Positions 60,840 to 64,000 of a DNA stretch of 64,000 bases are shown one piece after another. The notes beneath the pieces are model-generated. The model worked only from the letters and a program-made list of their open reading frames with translations, was not told the DNA's origin and did not search any database. The position numbers and the translations under genes were made by a program. Within the stretch, counting starts at the first letter, position 1, and every line of letters starts with the position of its first letter. The stretch spans positions 8,141,331-8,205,330 of the forward strand of contig NC_092575.1 of NCBI RefSeq assembly GCF_037975245.1, read 5' to 3'. The DNA comes from Apostichopus japonicus. Its lineage: Eukaryota.

Positions 60840-61640
60840 TCAGGTACACACGGCACCAAGTTTGAACTTGATCGGGGTACGGTGTAGGAGTTCGCGTCAC
60901 ACTTTCTTGCACAACTTAGGCCAAATTGACAATTGACCTCAATTGACCTTTGTCCTCGACCATAAACACTCCAATCTAGCGTCTATTTTAAAATTATGTA
61001 CAGATCGTATGGTTTAATGCCATTTCCCTACATGTTGACAAGCAGAAAATGACTTAGACTAATTTTGAGTTTTTTTTTTTTTTTTACTTTTGACGTTATC
61101 AATCACGCAGGTACAAGTTTACATGATCAGGCACCTATCCACCAACTTTGAACTTGATCCGGCTTACAGTTTAGGAGGAGTTCGCGACCGTACTTTTTCG
61201 CACAATGTAGGCCAATTTGACCTTTGACCTAAATTGACCTTTGACATTGACCCTTTTAACAACCATGTAAGTACTATTTTAAAATTTGTCCCATTATTCA
61301 CCACGTGTGGTTGAATTACCTTTTCCTACTTACTGACAAGCAGATAATGGCTAAAACACAGTTTTAGGGATATTTGAGCTATCACGCAGGCCCCAGTTTT
61401 CATGATCAGGCACCTACCCACCAAGTTAGAACGTGATCGGACTTACAGTGTAGGAGGGTGTCCGAGACACACTTTTCACACAATTTAGGCCAACTTGACC
61501 TTTGACCTCAATTGACCTTCGACCCCGATCTGTCCTACTTTAAAATTCCTCTCGTTATTCTCTATACATCGTGTGTTTTAATGCCCTTTCCGTGCATGTT
61601 GACAAGCTGTTGACAATGGCTAAAAACTGTACATTGCACG
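60840..61640. repeat. Tandem repeat, ~295-bp unit, ~2.7 diverged copies. Each unit carries a cluster of TGACCT half-sites, including a perfect TGACCTTTGACCT.
   Basis: Units start near 60840, 61135 and 61410. Shared blocks read caccaaSttWgaacKtgatcgg...gtaggagg.gt.cg.gac...cacaa.ttaggccaa.ttgacctttgacct.aattgacctt. Confidence 0.85.
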
Positions 61641-64000
61641 TAGGGAGATGAGATCATTATTGAGTTACCTTGTTTACAAGGTTTACAGACTTTGCCTTCT
61701 GTTACTCTTTGACCTTATATCTACACTACTCAAAGTGTAGTACTTATCAAGTGGCACTTACCACCCAACTCTGTCAGTAACCAATGTTACATCAAAAAAC
61801 ATTTGTGTATGGTAAGCTTTATACAGAAGAAGAAGTATGTGTAAAAGTAAGTTGGCCTGACGTTTCGATCCTAGCAGGATCTTCTTCAGAGGCTAAATGA
61901 CAAGTAACAGTAACAGAAGGGACAAAAACACCCACAGAATACAGACAGGTTAATGAGCACGGTGAACACAATGAGTGGATAAGCACTAGTTTGCTAACAG
62001 TTTTATTTTATTTTGACAATAAGAAGTACTCTGAACTTGATGCGCAACTATGAGGAGCCAGTGAAGAGCAGTGAGTGGTGGTGTGATACAGTCATACTTC
62101 TTAAAATGAAAATTGACAATGATGCGAGCAGAGGTGCGTTGGGCATTTTGAAGTATGGTCATGAGTAATTTATTGATACACTCTAAACACAATCTAGTCA
62201 AGCGAGGCTAAAGTCTAGTCATATCGACTGGTTTACGTTAGTCAACGATTATCCCGCCATAATCTTGGTAGAGATGCCTTCACGACTAACCCAAAAGGTC
62301 GCCTGACCAGAACATAATGGTCACAGTTCTATTTTAATCTGGTCCTACAATAAATGTCAGCACTGGGACGAAACTCACTAGTCAATCAGGTTGATATATT
62401 CGTCACATGAAAAAGCGCGGGAAAATATTAACAATTGTAGCGCCACGGTACGGCCTAGCGTACTGCACTGAACTATAGTACATTGTACACATACGTACAC
62501 GACGAGCAAGGAACGTACAGCAGGGAGTTAGCAGCCAGACGGTTACGGTACGAAAAATCAAAAAAATATTATCATCCAGTGATATTGTCAGTAACCATTG
62601 CAAGGTTAGTATATTAGACCAGTTTTCTTTGGGCCTTTGGCCAGTGTCGTTTGTTAGTCACTTAAAAAGTATATAGTATATTAGACCATAAAGTGTGTAT
62701 TTTCGATTATTCCAACTTGTGTACGAACAAGCTAAGATCTAGGTCCTAGGCTAGGCCTATCATGCAGTAGCTATAGGCGAATTGCCTAACGTTAAACCTA
62801 ATGACGTTAAGCTGCCTTGTAGTTGTAGTAGTTGTACAGCACAGTTTATCGTAACAGTAGGCCTCCGTATATTTACAGTATCATGGTGGCCCCGGTATTC
62901 ACGCGTTTCTCATGTTTGCAATGGATAATTTCTTTACAAAATAACAAACCTAAATTAAACTTAATATTTATAATCTGTATTAGAAACTTTAGCCTTAGGG
63001 GGATAGGACCTTGGCTATATTATTCTTGAAATATTTTAGGGGGATAAATTCACAGCAGTGTTTCTCCTGCACTTTCAGGGGGGACATAGCCTAGGCTTAG
63101 GTCCTAGGCCATATTATTTATACCTAGATTAGGTTTGAGTTAAGGATTAGCCTCCAATTAGGGTCACCCTAAGATAACGAATTAACTAGAATAGTGTGTA
63201 TGGGATTGTGTAGTTGTGTGCGAAACTGTTACACTAAATAAGCTGATTATTCCTAGGGCCCTATAGCCCCCCCCCCCCCAGGCCTAGCCCTAAATAGTTT
63301 TCATAAAATACAGAGGCTAGGCCTCGAAACATCAACTGAACATGACGCCAATCTTTTATTACCAGTTTGTCCACTGACCATCCTATCCAACAATCCCGTT
63401 AACAATTCACAGGAGAATACACTCCCCCTTCCAAAATAAACATTGGGGACCTTGGAGCAATCTAACAGCCTATTGCTGCCACAGCTGTGTCATATCAATT
63501 TATAGGCCTAGTTGTCAGTAATATAGAGGGGGAATATTTCTGGACAATTGCACTGACTTGTCCGGAATTTTTGGCTAAAATTTGTTAAATATTCTAGCGG
63601 CATGAGTTGGGACAGTTTTTTCTGCTATTTTTTAAGTTTGTACAAAACAGTTCCGATTCAGAACAAAGGTGGGTGGGTGTTTAATTTGTTGTAGCTGTTT
63701 GTAGGGAGTCATATAGCCTTGGACTAGGCCTTTTTTCAAGATGGAATATTCCTCGCTTTACCTGTGGTACCGTGAACCGCAGTTGATCCCCCTAGGCTAG
63801 CCCTAATTCCATTGGAAATAAAATAGGACATCTTTTACGGGGTGTTTCATTCAACTTTTTGGAAATACTACAATTTCAAACATAAATGTATTTGGTTATC
63901 ATTGTACACTTGACAAATGAAAATGTAGCTACCATAGCGGATTGATTAATGTTTGCACATGTTTCTTTTTCCATACAGGTATCAAATGCATTCAGGCTTC

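Noticed and set aside
1-64000. Any prokaryotic-style defense or metabolic system
   Set aside because: Gene density, base composition, intron-type signals, satellites and a gypsy-like retrotransposon all indicate a eukaryotic nuclear locus. The only ORF clusters are the retrotransposon gag and pol.

Overview
This window reads as eukaryotic, probably metazoan, nuclear DNA and not a prokaryotic locus. Coding density is very low, tandem satellite arrays are abundant, and there are canonical splice-site-flanked candidate exons, microsatellites, homopolymer runs and transposable elements. The main feature is a structurally complete, very recently inserted Ty3/gypsy-like LTR retrotransposon at 44925-54229 on the + strand. 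Its two 759-bp LTRs appear identical on side-by-side reading and run TG...CA, and it is flanked by a 4-bp target-site duplication GTAT. It carries a primer-binding-site-like sequence, a polypurine tract, a gag ORF with a CCHC zinc knuckle, and a pol region in the order protease, reverse transcriptase, RNase H, integrase. The pol region is interrupted by one in-frame TGA and one frameshift. The element lies antisense between candidate exons of a host gene on the - strand that encodes transmembrane-like peptides (exons about 56896-56712, 55606-55388, 44766-44702 and 43844-43730), so it is probably intronic. The rest of the window is dominated by repeats. There is a ~4.1-kb minisatellite of 19-22-bp units with a TGTACA palindromic core and higher-order periodicity (14706-18795). 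There is a 65-bp satellite with a 361-bp higher-order repeat (19575-20392). There are further tandem arrays of ~91 bp, ~64 bp, ~70 bp (140-bp higher-order), ~129 bp, ~290 bp, ~295 bp, ~58 bp and ~45 bp, plus (GATR)n, (ATAC)n and (CA)n microsatellites. A ~637-bp TIR element with a perfect 8-bp TSD (58322-58958) looks like a hAT-like MITE. A second foldback-like cluster sits at 59170-59655, and there are two copies of an interspersed SINE/MITE-like sequence (about 4270-4410 and 42790-42935). I found no rRNA gene and no convincing tRNA gene. The organism is not identifiable from sequence alone. All product and family assignments come from motif-level reading and need computational confirmation.
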